Assembly: GCA_050485485.1 (NCBI GenBank)
Contig: JBJHBM010000008.1
Span: 3,829 to 67,828 of the forward strand
Direction: 5' to 3'
Origin: Alphaproteobacteria bacterium
Lineage (GTDB): Bacteria; Pseudomonadota; Alphaproteobacteria; SMXQ01
Length of the DNA: 64,000 nt
The position numbers and the translations under genes are program-made. The notes under the pieces were generated by a model. That model was not told the DNA's origin and did not search any database. It saw only the letters and a list, made by a program, of their open reading frames with translations. Positions 27,698 through 38,127 of this stretch are shown here, in pieces. Position 1 is the first letter of the stretch; the number at the start of each line of letters is the position of its first letter.

Positions 27698-29079
27698 ACG
27701 GTCCTGCCCACGTCCGCCGGGTCGACGGCGGCACCACCTTTCTCGTGGCGCTGTTCCTGCTCGGCCTCTATCTCGGGGTCGCGCTCATGCTGCCTGGCGG
27801 CACGCCGTTCCCGTCGTTTATCGCGGGGCTTGCGGGCGGGCTTCTGCTGCTCACGCATCGCGTCTGTATGACCGAGCGTCACATCGTCGCGATTCTCGCG
27901 GTCCTTGTGCTCTACCTGCTCTCGATCCTTGGCGCGCCCGATTACAGCCTGCTCGGCGAGCATTTCAAGGGATTCATCCAGCTCAGCTACTCGCTGGTCA
28001 TCGGCTACGCCTTCTTCCTCGCCCTGGTGCGCTACGACCGCCGCCGGCTCGCGGCGATCTTCCTCGCGTTCTGCATCGCGATCCTGGTCGGCTGCGTTCT
28101 CGAGACCTACACGGCGCTGCGCGACGTGAGCGACGCATTCCGGGAGCGGGTCTTCCATACCGGCGTCTACGTCGCCGACCTGCGCGATCAGATTCTCTAC
28201 GGACGCATCCGGCCCAAGCTGTTCACGTCGGAGCCTTCCGCCGTCACCTTCGCGTTCGCTCTGTTCGCTTTCGTCTGGTACGTGCTGTCCCAGGCGCGCG
28301 GCAAGATAGTGATCTACCTCCTGCTTCTGGGTGCGGCCTATTACTTCATGCGCGGCCCGACCCTGGTGCTGGCGGCCGCCCTGATTCCTGCCTACGAGAT
28401 GCTGCTGGCCACGCGCAAGGGGCTGCCCGGCGGCCGGCGCATGGATGCCGGCCGCATGATCGTCGCGGCCGTCCTCGCGCTCGGGCTCGCGCTTGCGGTG
28501 GTGCCCTTCCTCCAAAACTTCTACGCGGAGCGCATCCAGCAGATCGCCTCGGGACAGGACCCGAGTTTCTTCGCGCGCGTGATCGCCCCGCCCATCCTTG
28601 CGTTCAAGATCATCGAGCACTACCCGGTGGCCGGCGCGGGACTCACCGGGTGGGAATACCTCGAGGACATGACGCAGCAGATCTACGCCTCCGCCGAATG
28701 GTTCTCGAGCAACTACCGCTTCCAGGGCGCAGCCAATTCGATCACGAATTATTTCTGGCTCCACTGGATATTCCTGGGCCTGCTGTGGGGCACGGTAATC
28801 CTGATCGCCCTCACGATCATGCTGAAGACGATGGGCGTGCCGAGCGTGCTGTTCTGCTGGATCGTGTGGGCGGCCTTCGGGCAGGGAGCCGGCTCCTACG
28901 TCGGGCCGCAGACCTGGGCGGTGCTGTTCCTCGCCGCCGCCGCCGCCGTGGTCCACGAGCGCGAAAGCGCCACGCGCGAAGCGCGGCGCTACCTCGAGGA
29001 AGCCTATCGCCGCTACGGCATGCCGCAGCTCCAGGCGCGCCGCGAACCTCATCTCGGTTTGCCTGCGGGGATGCGATGA
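27694..29079 (+). CDS. Wzy-type polysaccharide polymerase / O-antigen-ligase-family integral membrane protein
   Basis: 461 aa, about 10-12 predicted TM helices with a large periplasmic loop. Lies between glycosyltransferases in a Wzx/Wzy locus. ATGA overlaps with both neighbours. Confidence 0.65.
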   Translation: MNGPAHVRRVDGGTTFLVALFLLGLYLGVALMLPGGTPFPSFIAGLAGGLLLLTHRVCMTERHIVAILAVLVLYLLSILGAPDYSLLGEHFKGFIQLSYSLVIGYAFFLALVRYDRRRLAAIFLAFCIAILVGCVLETYTALRDVSDAFRERVFHTGVYVADLRDQILYGRIRPKLFTSEPSAVTFAFALFAFVWYVLSQARGKIVIYLLLLGAAYYFMRGPTLVLAAALIPAYEMLLATRKGLPGGRRMDAGRMIVAAVLALGLALAVVPFLQNFYAERIQQIASGQDPSFFARVIAPPILAFKIIEHYPVAGAGLTGWEYLEDMTQQIYASAEWFSSNYRFQGAANSITNYFWLHWIFLGLLWGTVILIALTIMLKTMGVPSVLFCWIVWAAFGQGAGSYVGPQTWAVLFLAAAAAVVHERESATREARRYLEEAYRRYGMPQLQARREPHLGLPAGMR

Positions 29080-30335
29080 GGGTCCTGCACCTCAGCGGCA
29101 GCGACATTCGCGGCGGCGCCGCACGCGGCACCTTCTGGCTGCACCGCGCGCTCGCCGCCCAGGGCGTCGATTCGTTGATGCTGGTCGGGCGCAAGTATTC
29201 CGACGACGGCAACGTCTCGACCGTGAGCGGCGCGCTGGCCCCCGTCACCGAACGGCTGCGCGATCTGCTCGACCCGCTGCCGCTGCGCCGCTACGACGTG
29301 ACCGGCGAATCGTTCTGGACCCTCGGCTGGCTACCGCGCCGCATTCGGGGCGCCGTAGACGCCTTCGCGCCCGACGTCGTCCACCTGCACTGGATCGGCG
29401 GCGGCTTCCTGCCGGTGGCCGCGCTGCGCGGGCTCGGGCGTCCCGTCGTCTGGACCCTGCGCGACATGTGGGGTTTCACCGGCGGCTGCCACTACACCGC
29501 CGGCTGCCGGCGCTACGAGACGGCGTGCGGCGCCTGTCCCCAGCTCCGCTCCGGCCGCGAGGACGACGTGAGCCGGGCGACCGCACGCCGCAAGCAGCAC
29601 CTGTGGCGCGACGTGCCCATGACCCTGGTCCCGATCAGCAACTGGCTCGCCGGCTGCGCGCGCCGCAGTACGGTGCTGGGACGGCACAGGATCGAGGTCA
29701 TTCCGAACGGCATCGACGTGCGCCGTTTCCGTCCGGTCCCCCGTGCGGAAGCACGCGCGGCCTGGGACTTCTCCCCCTCCAAGCGCTATATCCTGTTCGG
29801 CGCTCTCGGGGCGCTCGCCGATGCGCGCAAGGGCTACCACGAACTGGTCGAGGCCGCCCGCATCCTCGCGCACGACTGTTGGAGCACGCGTGCGGAACTG
29901 GTCGTGTTCGGCGATCTCGCGCCCGAAGGCGCGGGCGAGCTCGCCCTGCCCGCGCGCTTCCTCGGCCATATCGACGACGACGACCGCCTCGCGCAGCTCT
30001 ACAGCGCGGGCGACGTGATGGTGACGCCGTCGCTGCAGGAGGCCTTCGGCAAGACCCTGATTGAGGCGATGGCCTGCGGCACGCCGGTGGTGGCCTTTGA
30101 CGGCACCGGCCCCGCCGACATCGTGGTCCACCACGAGACCGGCTGGCTCGCGGCGCAAGGAAATGCCGCCGACCTCGCCGCCGGCATCTCCTGGTGCCTG
30201 TCGGACCCCGCGCGCACGGCGGCACTCGGCACCGCCGCGCGCCGGCGCGCCGAAGCACTCTTCGACATCGACGTGGTGGCCGGGCGCTACCGCGCCCTTT
30301 ACGAGCGCCTTGCGGCGCAGGAACGGACAGCATGA
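29076..30335 (+). CDS. Glycosyltransferase family 4
   Basis: MRVLHLSGSDIRGGAARGTFWLHRAL... then C-terminal EAFGKTLIEAMACGTPVVAFDGTGPADIVVHHETGWL (E-x7-E GT4 motif). ATG 29076 overlaps the upstream stop. Confidence 0.8.
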   Translation: MRVLHLSGSDIRGGAARGTFWLHRALAAQGVDSLMLVGRKYSDDGNVSTVSGALAPVTERLRDLLDPLPLRRYDVTGESFWTLGWLPRRIRGAVDAFAPDVVHLHWIGGGFLPVAALRGLGRPVVWTLRDMWGFTGGCHYTAGCRRYETACGACPQLRSGREDDVSRATARRKQHLWRDVPMTLVPISNWLAGCARRSTVLGRHRIEVIPNGIDVRRFRPVPRAEARAAWDFSPSKRYILFGALGALADARKGYHELVEAARILAHDCWSTRAELVVFGDLAPEGAGELALPARFLGHIDDDDRLAQLYSAGDVMVTPSLQEAFGKTLIEAMACGTPVVAFDGTGPADIVVHHETGWLAAQGNAADLAAGISWCLSDPARTAALGTAARRRAEALFDIDVVAGRYRALYERLAAQERTA

Positions 30336-31591
30336 CCGGCGTCGATCGTCGCGCGCTGCTGTCCGGCGGCGCCGGGCTCGCGCTGCTTGCGGCGGCGCCG
30401 AAAGGCGCCATGGCGCAGGAACGGCCCGAGCCCGACGTCTCGGCGCGCGCTTTCGGCGCAGTCGGCGACGGCATCGCCGACGACAGCGCCGCGCTGGAGC
30501 GCGCTTTCGCCGCCGCGCTGGCCGGGCGCGACGCCCGAGTCGTGACAATCCCGCCCGGACGCTACCGCGTGACACGGCCGATCCGGATCCGCACGGAAGG
30601 ACGGGGCCCCGGCAACATCACCCATCGCAGCGGCATCCTCGCGCAGGGTGCGCGCGTCATGTCCGAGATCAAGGACGGCAGCCCCGTGATCGAGATCGAG
30701 AGCCGTGCGACCCTGCGGTATTTCCTGCTGGACGGCCTACAGATTCAGGGGCGCGGGCGCGAGGGCCACGGCATCTCGGTCGTCTGCGTGCGGCGGGGGA
30801 CCTACCTCTACAACTTCTGCCTGCGCGACGTGGTGGTCGAGAACTGCGGCGGGGACGGCCTCAGGATGGTCGGCAACATCTTCGAGGGCCAGATCTTCAA
30901 CAGCTATTTCCGCGACAACAAGGGCAATGGCGCGACCTTCGCCCACGGGCCCGAGGACACCGTGCTCTCGGCGGTGCACGTCTTCGGCTGCGTATTCGGC
31001 GGCAACGGCCGCCACGGTGCGGAACTCGCCGACGCCGCCGAGGACGTGGGCTTCTTCGGCTGCTACTTCCTGCTCAACCAGCGCTTCGGCGTGACCGCGT
31101 CGCACGGCTGCACGCTGCTGTCACACTGCGGCTTCGAGAACAACCACATGGCCGCGGGAGACTTCGAGAAAGGCGACGCCGGGCTGCGGCTGATGGTGAA
31201 GGGCACGTTGGTGGGCTGCACCGCCTATTCGATCTACCACCAGACCCACCTGGTACGGGCCTTCATCACCAACCAGCTCACCATGATCGGCTGCACCGGC
31301 ATGGGCGGCGGCAAGGCGCGGCGGGCAGCGCTCGCGCGCATCGGCGGGCAGCGCCGGGGCAGCGCGACGCTGGTCGGCTGCCACGGCCGCGTCACCCGCG
31401 AGGACCGCCGGGTCGGCATGACCGAGGTGGGCGGGCCGGGCCAGGGTCTCAGGATCGGCGCGGACTGGAACGGCCACGACCTCGCCTGGCTCGGCGAGCA
31501 CTGCCTGTGGGTGGACGGCGATGGCAACCTGCGCATCAAGCGCGGCGCCCCCGGCAACGACCGCGACGGACGCAGGATCGGGGGCGCCTGA
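30332..31591 (+). CDS. Tat-secreted right-handed beta-helix glycoside hydrolase (pectate-lyase-3 / GH28-like superfamily); candidate EPS glycanase
   Basis: Twin-arginine signal MTGVDRRALLSGGAGLALLAAAPKGAMAQ. Pectate_lyase_3 N-terminal motif FGAVGDGIADDSAALERAF. Repeated G/N/C-rich beta-helix coils (NCGGDGLRMVGN...NKGNGATFAHG...GNGRHGAELAD...). ATGA-coupled to the preceding GT. Confidence 0.7.
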   Translation: MTGVDRRALLSGGAGLALLAAAPKGAMAQERPEPDVSARAFGAVGDGIADDSAALERAFAAALAGRDARVVTIPPGRYRVTRPIRIRTEGRGPGNITHRSGILAQGARVMSEIKDGSPVIEIESRATLRYFLLDGLQIQGRGREGHGISVVCVRRGTYLYNFCLRDVVVENCGGDGLRMVGNIFEGQIFNSYFRDNKGNGATFAHGPEDTVLSAVHVFGCVFGGNGRHGAELADAAEDVGFFGCYFLLNQRFGVTASHGCTLLSHCGFENNHMAAGDFEKGDAGLRLMVKGTLVGCTAYSIYHQTHLVRAFITNQLTMIGCTGMGGGKARRAALARIGGQRRGSATLVGCHGRVTREDRRVGMTEVGGPGQGLRIGADWNGHDLAWLGEHCLWVDGDGNLRIKRGAPGNDRDGRRIGGA

Positions 31592-31595
31592 AGCC

Positions 31596-32801
31596 TCAGG
31601 CGGCGACGCTGCGCGCGGTTGCGGCCGCGGCCATGTCGCCGGCCGCGGGCCTGCCCGGCACCGGGCCCAGAACGGCCGCCATCTTCTCCGCCACGCGGTC
31701 CCAGGAATAACGGGCGAGCACGTGCGCCTGGCCGGCGCCGCCCATTTCGGCGAGGCGCAGGGGATCGGCGACGGCCTCCAGGATCGCTGCCTCCAGCGCC
31801 TCGGGCGTCGCCTCGCTCACCAGGAAGCCGCAGGCGCCCTGCGCCGCGATCTCCGGCAGGCCGTTGCGGTCGAGCCCCATGACCGGCGTGCGCGCGAGCA
31901 GCGCCTCCAGATAGACCTGCCCCCAGGGGTCGTTGAGCATCGGCTGGACCAGGAGTGCCGCACGCCGCTGCAGGGCGGTGAGCGCGGCGCGGTCCACGAA
32001 CGGCAGCACCGCCACGCCGGGCAGCGCGGCGGCGGCGGCGAGGCCCGACCCTCCGACGATGGTGAGGCGCAGCGCCGGGTTGCGCGCACGCGCGAGGCGG
32101 AACGCCGCGAGCAGGAGGTCGCCGCCTTTCTCCCGGAACAGGTGCTTGGCGACGAACAGGAGCTCGCACGCCGCATAGTCCTTGTCCCCGGCGAAGGGCT
32201 CACCCACGCCGCAGCCCGAGCCGACCGCCGTCACCCGCGCGGCGGGCACGCCGTAGTGGCCGATCAGGTCGTCGCGCACGTAGTCCCCGAAGGTGAAGAT
32301 GTGGCGGCAGGCGTGGTAGGCGGCATGCTCCAGCGCGTCAAAGGCCGCGACCGCGCGCGACGTGTAGAGGGCCGCGTCGGGACGATGGCGCAGCGACAGG
32401 TGCCAGGTCGAATCGCAGTAGAGGAAATGCTCGAGCCCGTCGCCGCCGCCCTCCGGGAAAAAGTCGAGCGTGCCGGTATGGAGCACGCGGCGAACGCCGA
32501 GGCGCGCGAGCGCCGCTTGCAGGCGGCGCGCGCGCAGGCGGCGCAGGAAGGCGCCGCGCGCCACCGCCTCGCTGTAGCGCAGCCGGCCGTGGCCGCCGAG
32601 GAGATGCAGCAGCGCGCCCGCCGCGTAGGCCGGGCGCCCGGCCCGGCCGTCGACGCCCACCACCTCGAAGCCGCGCGCCTCGAGGCCCTCCGCCATGCTC
32701 GCCGGCGCCGCCGACCAGGTGCGCGGGTCGCGCGGTGGGCCGAAGATGCTGGTCACGGCCAGGCGGCGCCCGGCCCCGTCGTCTCGGGTGGTGCTGTCCA
32801 T
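31596..32801 (-). CDS. Glycosyltransferase family 4
   Basis: Start at internal ATG (MDSTTRDDGAGRRLAVTSIFGPP). C-terminal GT4 core (LLFVAKHLFREKGGDLLLAAF...GLPEIAAQGACGFLV). Confidence 0.75.
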   Translation of the reverse strand: MDSTTRDDGAGRRLAVTSIFGPPRDPRTWSAAPASMAEGLEARGFEVVGVDGRAGRPAYAAGALLHLLGGHGRLRYSEAVARGAFLRRLRARRLQAALARLGVRRVLHTGTLDFFPEGGGDGLEHFLYCDSTWHLSLRHRPDAALYTSRAVAAFDALEHAAYHACRHIFTFGDYVRDDLIGHYGVPAARVTAVGSGCGVGEPFAGDKDYAACELLFVAKHLFREKGGDLLLAAFRLARARNPALRLTIVGGSGLAAAAALPGVAVLPFVDRAALTALQRRAALLVQPMLNDPWGQVYLEALLARTPVMGLDRNGLPEIAAQGACGFLVSEATPEALEAAILEAVADPLRLAEMGGAGQAHVLARYSWDRVAEKMAAVLGPVPGRPAAGDMAAAATARSVAA

Positions 32802-32856
32802 TTCCCCCTCCCGCCATGGCCGCCGGATCCGGGCGCGGCCTTCCCCCTTCCGCCGG

Positions 32857-34181
32857 TCAGGCCCGGCGCGCCATGAACATGCCGCCCGTCGCGGAGTCGT
32901 CCTCGGCGGCGCCCCCCGGAGATTCCGTCGCGAGCCCACGCCGCAGCGCGCGGTAGGCACCGACCAGGGCACGGTTGAGCGTCCCGATCTCGAACGCCTC
33001 CAGCACGCGCGCGCGCGCTGCGCGGCTCATCTCGGGCCACACCGCCGGCCGCTCGACGAGCCCGGCGAGCGCGTCGGCCAGCGCCGTCGCGTCGCGCTCG
33101 GGCACCAGCAGCCCGGAGCGCCCGTGCTCGACCAGCTCCGGGATGCCGCTATGGTCGGTCGCAACCACCACCATGCCGGACGCCATCGCCTCCATCAGCG
33201 TCACCGGGATGCCCTCCTGGTCGCCGTCCTCGCCGGTGACGCTCGGCACCAGCAGCACGTCGTTGCGCGCCATGTGCCGGACCACCGCCTCCTGGTCCTG
33301 CCAGCCGAAGAACCGGACCTGCTCCGAGAGGTCGAGCCGGCGTACCAGCACCGCGAGGCGCTGGCGCAGCTCGCCGTCGCCCACCAGCGAGTAGCTGACC
33401 GGAATGCCGCGGCGGCGCAGCTCCGCGACCGCGCGGATGCCGTACTTGATGCCCTTCTTGCCGACCATGCGCCCGACCGTGAGCAGCTTGAGCGGCTGTC
33501 CGCGCTCGAAGCGGCGCGGGCTGTAGCGGTAGCGCGCCGCGTCCACCCCCATGTGATGGACGGCAATCCGGTCGCGGTCGCAGCCGAGCTCGATCAGGCG
33601 CTGGCGCCACACGTCGGAGATCGGCAGGAATGCATCGCCGTGAGCGAACAGGTAGTCGTAATAGCCGGGCCGGTCGCGCACGTAGGCGCTGATGTCGACG
33701 CCATGGAACACGGTGCCGAGGAAGCCCGAGAAGGCTCCCACCTCCCGGAGCTTTGCCGCGAGCTGGCCGATCGGGCCGAAATGGCAGTGGATCACGTCGA
33801 AGCTCGGTTCGTCGCGCAGCAGCGCCGCCCAGTAGAGCAGCCGCAGCGAGAGCGCATCACGGCCGAACCGGCGCAGCGAGAGCGCCTTGAGCGCGGCTTG
33901 CGGCCGGCGCCGCGCCAGCGCCGCGAAGCGTGGAACCGCCCCCAGGATACGCCGCGCCCTGCCGGCGGGCAGGTGGAGATAGCGCGTACGGCCGATCAGC
34001 CCGTAGCGCGCCACGTCGGGATGGATGCGCGGTTCCGCCCGCGGACGCTCGGCGAAGATGGTGACGTCGTGGCCGAGTTCCAGGAGCCCGGTCGCCTGAT
34101 TCAGCACGAAGGTCTCGCTGAGCGCCGGGAACTCGTGAAGGAAGAAGGCGATGCGCAACGGCTTTGCGATGTTCTTGCTCA
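32857..34181 (-). CDS. Glycosyltransferase family 4
   Basis: MSKNIAKPLRIAFFLHEFPALSETFVLNQ... then LLTVGRMVGKKGIKYGIRAV...EGIPVTLMEAMASGMVVVATDHSGIPELVEHGRSGLLVPE. Confidence 0.8.
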
Positions 34182-35432
34182 TGACGACGCGGCGACGGCC
34201 TCCCTCACATGGATTCCGGCGGAGAACGCGGACCGGCGCTCCTCTGCGACGATTGCCGGAAGCTTCGCGGCAAGCTCGTCGCGGGCCGCGCTGAAGTGTT
34301 CGAAGGCATCGCACAGGCTGCGGGGCGTCATAGCCTCTATGTCCTGCACGAGCGCGCCGAGGCCGATCTTCGTGAACAGCTCTGCGGTCTTGAACTCGTA
34401 GGCGATGGGCAGCACCGGGACGCTCGCGATCAGCGACAGGATGGCGACATGCATCCGCGTCGCCACCACCGCGTCGTAGTCGCGCACGGCGGCGACGAAC
34501 GCGGCAGGCGCGCGGAAGGCGCGGTCGATGCGGACCCGCGAGCGGATACGCGCATCGAGACGCGACACGATCCGCTCCGCCGTGGCCGCGTCGTCGGTCC
34601 AGTAGCCGTCGACGCCCTGGCAGGTGGACAGGAACGTGACCTCGCCCTTGTGTGCCTCGACGATCCGCGCCGCCAGGGCCGCGATCGCCTCCATGTAGAC
34701 GTCCATTCCGGCAGCGCCGTTGAAGTAGGGCCATTCGCGCACCGAAATCGCGACCCGCAAGGGCCGTCCCCCGCTACGGGGGGCCGGCACGCCCACCCGG
34801 AGCGGCGCGAGCGCGAAGGCCGCATCGGCGCATTGGACGACACGCCGCGCCTCCACGCCCAGCGCTTCCAGGTGGCGCCGCGAGCGGCTGTCGCGCACCA
34901 GGATCAGGCGCGCACGCCGCATGACATAGCGGATCAGGGCCCGCCCGCGCTGGCCGGGCGGAAACGGCCCCAGGCTCTGCGTGAACAGCACGTAGGGCCG
35001 GCCGGCGGCATGGGCCACCAGCAGATCGACGAGCTTGGGCAGCATCCGATAATGGGGCACCAGGTAGGTGCCGCCCGAAGAAATCACCAGGTCGGCAGCG
35101 GCGAGGCGCTCCGCCGCCGCCCGCACCTCGGGCGCAAAGCCGCCCATCAGGCGCCGGCCCAGCCGCGTGCGCCTCAGCCGCATCGCAAGCAGCAGCCGCG
35201 CCAGCGCAATCCGGAACGCCTGGGGGCCCGCCGCCTCCCGTTCCAGAAGGTTGAACAGCATCGGCCGCACGCGCAGCTCGGGATAGAGCCGTGCCGTGAT
35301 GTCGGCCTGCTCGTCGCAGGTCACGATGTCGAGATCACCACCGATCGCCTCGTGCAGGATGTCGTAGGTCGCAAGCAGGATCGCCGCATCCCCGGCATTC
35401 AAGGTCGCGATGTTCGTGACGACCACGTTCAT
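34182..35432 (-). CDS. Polysaccharide pyruvyl transferase (PS_pyruv_trans; WcaK/ExoV/CsaB-like)
   Basis: MNVVVTNIATLNAGDAAILLATYDIL...DLVISSGGTYLVPHY...ATRMHVAILSLIASVPVLPIAYEFKTAEL. ATG 35432. Stop overlaps the start of the downstream GT (ATGA). Confidence 0.75.
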
Positions 35433-36949
35433 GCCCGAGCCTCCCGCCCCAGCAGGTGGGCCGGCAGGCGCTGCAGGCTCGCGAGCACGCGCCGGCTGTC
35501 GGGCAACATGGCATAGACGACGAGCGCGGCGCTCGCCGCGACCAGCCCCGCGACCGCCACCACGAGCAACGGCGAGGCGTTTTCCATCGGGATGGCCTCG
35601 CGGAACGCCACTACGGCCGCCGTGCCGGCAAGCGTCGCCAGCGTCGGCGTTCCGAGCACCCGGTAGAGGTCGAGGATCGAGACCGGACCGCGGCGCCCCG
35701 CGAACCAGAACATGACGGGCCCACGTACCAGGATCAGCGACAAGGTCGCCGCCGCCGCTACCCCGACGATCCCGAACGGCACGCCCGCGAGCACCGCGAG
35801 AGCCGCCAGCGCGCCGTTGACGGCGCCCGCGCGCAGCATCTCCGGGGTTCGATCCTGGCTCATGTAGAGCCAGCCCAGCGCATAAGCGGCCGGCATGTAG
35901 ATCAGGGACACGGCCATCCAGGCCAATGCCGGGGCCACGGCCGTCCATTGCGCGCCCAGCACCAGCGCAACGATCGGTTCCGCAGCCGCCACCATCACCG
36001 CGGCGAGCGGCGCCATCAGCATGGACAGGCGCCGGATCACGGCGAGATAGGCGTCGCGATAGGCCGCAGGCGTGCCGGCAAGACGGCTGAGCGCCGGCAG
36101 CGCCACCGTCGCGAGCGGAATGTTCAGGTTCTGGATTGGCTGGTGAAGCAGCTTCTGGGCCCGTTCGAACAGGCCGAGCGGTCCGCTGCCCCAGTACCAG
36201 CCGATGACGATCTTGTCGAGATTCCCGGCCAAGGCCCCGAGCGTCATCGCGCCGGTGGCGTTCGCGCCGAAAACGACGAGGGCGCGCACCTCCGCGAACG
36301 GCCCGGGCCGGCCCGGTCGCCAGCGGCACAGCGCCCAGCCGCCGGCCATCATCATCGCCGCCCAGAGGAGACGCTGGACTACCAGCGCCCAGAAGCCGAG
36401 CCCGGCCAGGGCGGCGGCGACCGCAAGGCCGAGCGCCGCCGCCTCCGAGACGAACTGCACCAAGGCCACGGCCGTGAAGCGCATCTGGCGACGCAGGAGC
36501 GCCAGGTGCTGGGCGGCAAAGCCGGTAAACAGGAACGAAACCGCCACCACGGGCACGATATGAAGGAGCGCCGGCTCGCCGTAGAGCCAAGCAAACAACG
36601 GTGCCGCTGCCGCCGTCAGCAGCGCGATGCCTATGCCGAGCGTGCCGTTGAGCCAGAACAGTGTGCTGACTTGGCGATGGGTGAGGCTCGACCGCTGGAT
36701 TGTCGCCGTCGACAGACCGAGATCCTTGACGAGCTCGAAAATCGCCAGGAAGGCCGCGATCATCGCGAACAGCCCGAAGTCCGCAGGCGCCAACAGGCGT
36801 GCCAGGATCACGATGGCGACGAACTGGATCAGGACCTTGAGGGCTTGAGAAACCAGCGTCACGACGCCGCCGCGCATCGAGCGCGAAACGATCTGGCCGT
36901 CGAGATGGCCGGTTTCGAAATGGCGCGCGTCGCCTTCCGGCTCTTTCAT
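35429..36949 (-). CDS. Wzx-type oligosaccharide flippase (MOP/PST family)
   Basis: 506 aa, 12-14 TM helices. N-terminal MRGGVVTLVSQALKVLIQFVAIVILARLLAPADFGLFAMI typical of Wzx/RfbX. Confidence 0.8.
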   Translation of the reverse strand: MKEPEGDARHFETGHLDGQIVSRSMRGGVVTLVSQALKVLIQFVAIVILARLLAPADFGLFAMIAAFLAIFELVKDLGLSTATIQRSSLTHRQVSTLFWLNGTLGIGIALLTAAAAPLFAWLYGEPALLHIVPVVAVSFLFTGFAAQHLALLRRQMRFTAVALVQFVSEAAALGLAVAAALAGLGFWALVVQRLLWAAMMMAGGWALCRWRPGRPGPFAEVRALVVFGANATGAMTLGALAGNLDKIVIGWYWGSGPLGLFERAQKLLHQPIQNLNIPLATVALPALSRLAGTPAAYRDAYLAVIRRLSMLMAPLAAVMVAAAEPIVALVLGAQWTAVAPALAWMAVSLIYMPAAYALGWLYMSQDRTPEMLRAGAVNGALAALAVLAGVPFGIVGVAAAATLSLILVRGPVMFWFAGRRGPVSILDLYRVLGTPTLATLAGTAAVVAFREAIPMENASPLLVVAVAGLVAASAALVVYAMLPDSRRVLASLQRLPAHLLGREARA

Positions 36950-37098
36950 CGCCGGTCACCGCGACATGCGGTCCGGGCGCTCGTTCCGCACCCGTCTCTG
37001 GTCGCACCTCTCTCATATCGTTCGAACACCGCCACCGCCTGGACGAGCTTTCGACCGCGGCACGGGTCGCCGGCCCTTCCGGCCAGGCGCCGCGTCGC

Positions 37099-38127
37099 TC
37101 AGCTCCTTCGTCCTCCGACCGCCGAGGCCACGCGTCCGGCCCCGCCGGCCGGCGCAGGTCCAAGGCGCAACCTACCCTTCTCGCGCGCGGCATCCAGAAA
37201 CCAGTCATAGGTACGCTTCAGTCCTTCCTCCAGGGAGGTCGCGTGACGCCATCCGAGAGCATGAAGGCGCCCGACGTCGAGCAGCTTGCGCGGCGTGCCT
37301 TCCGGCATGCCCCGGTCGAACGACAAGCGCCCCTCGAATCCCACTGTGCGGCACACCACCTCCGCGAGTTCCCGGATCGAGACGTCGCCGCCGATGCCGA
37401 CGTTGACTTGGGATTCGCCCGAATAGTGGCGGGCAAGGTGAACGACGGCATCGGCACAATCGTCGACGTAGAGGAATTCGCGGCGCGGCTGGCCGCTGCC
37501 CCACACGGAGATGGCGTCGTTTCCCGCCAGCTTCGCTTCATGTGCCTTGCGGATCAGCGCGGGAACCACGTGGCTCGCCGTCAGGTCGAAATTGTCCCCC
37601 GGGCCGTAGAGATTTGTCGGCATCGCCGAAATGAAGTCACAGCCGTACTGGCGCCGGTAGGCTTGGCACAGCATGATCCCGGAAATCTTGGCGATGGCAT
37701 ACCATTGGTTGGTGGGCTCGAGCGGACCCGAAAGCAGGCAGTCTTCGACCATCGGCTGCGGCGCGTGGCGCGGATAGATGCAGGACGAGCCGAGAAACAC
37801 GAGCTTGCGCACGCCCGAACGCCAAGCCGCATGGATCACGTTGGCCTCGATCATCAGGTTCTCGTAGAGAAACTCCGCCGGACGCGTATCGTTGGCCACG
37901 ATCCCTCCGACACGGGCGGCAGCCACGAACACCACTTCCGGCCGGGCCGCGGCCATCCAGTCCTCGGCTTCCCTCTGGCGCGCGAGGTCGACCTCTTCGC
38001 GCGACGCGACGACGACCTCGCAATCCTCGTGCGTGAGTCGACGCACCAGCGCCGCGCCGACCATCCCGCGATGTCCGGCGACCCAGACCCTGCGGCCGCG
38101 CAAATCGAGCTCTCCGCTACGCCGCAT
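37099..38127 (-). CDS. fcl: GDP-L-fucose synthase (GDP-4-keto-6-deoxy-D-mannose 3,5-epimerase/4-reductase)
   Basis: Internal ATG (38127-38125). [19 protein letters not shown]...GSSCIYP...[11 protein letters not shown]...[11 protein letters not shown] motifs. Overlaps the gmd stop by 11 nt. Confidence 0.85.
   Translation of the reverse strand: MRRSGELDLRGRRVWVAGHRGMVGAALVRRLTHEDCEVVVASREEVDLARQREAEDWMAAARPEVVFVAAARVGGIVANDTRPAEFLYENLMIEANVIHAAWRSGVRKLVFLGSSCIYPRHAPQPMVEDCLLSGPLEPTNQWYAIAKISGIMLCQAYRRQYGCDFISAMPTNLYGPGDNFDLTASHVVPALIRKAHEAKLAGNDAISVWGSGQPRREFLYVDDCADAVVHLARHYSGESQVNVGIGGDVSIRELAEVVCRTVGFEGRLSFDRGMPEGTPRKLLDVGRLHALGWRHATSLEEGLKRTYDWFLDAAREKGRLRLGPAPAGGAGRVASAVGGRRS

Noticed and set aside
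34179-37208. 1009-aa minus-strand ORF
   Set aside because: It is a concatenation, in one open frame, of a pyruvyl-transferase gene region and out-of-frame sequence. The real genes are 34182-35432 and 35429-36949 in their own frames.
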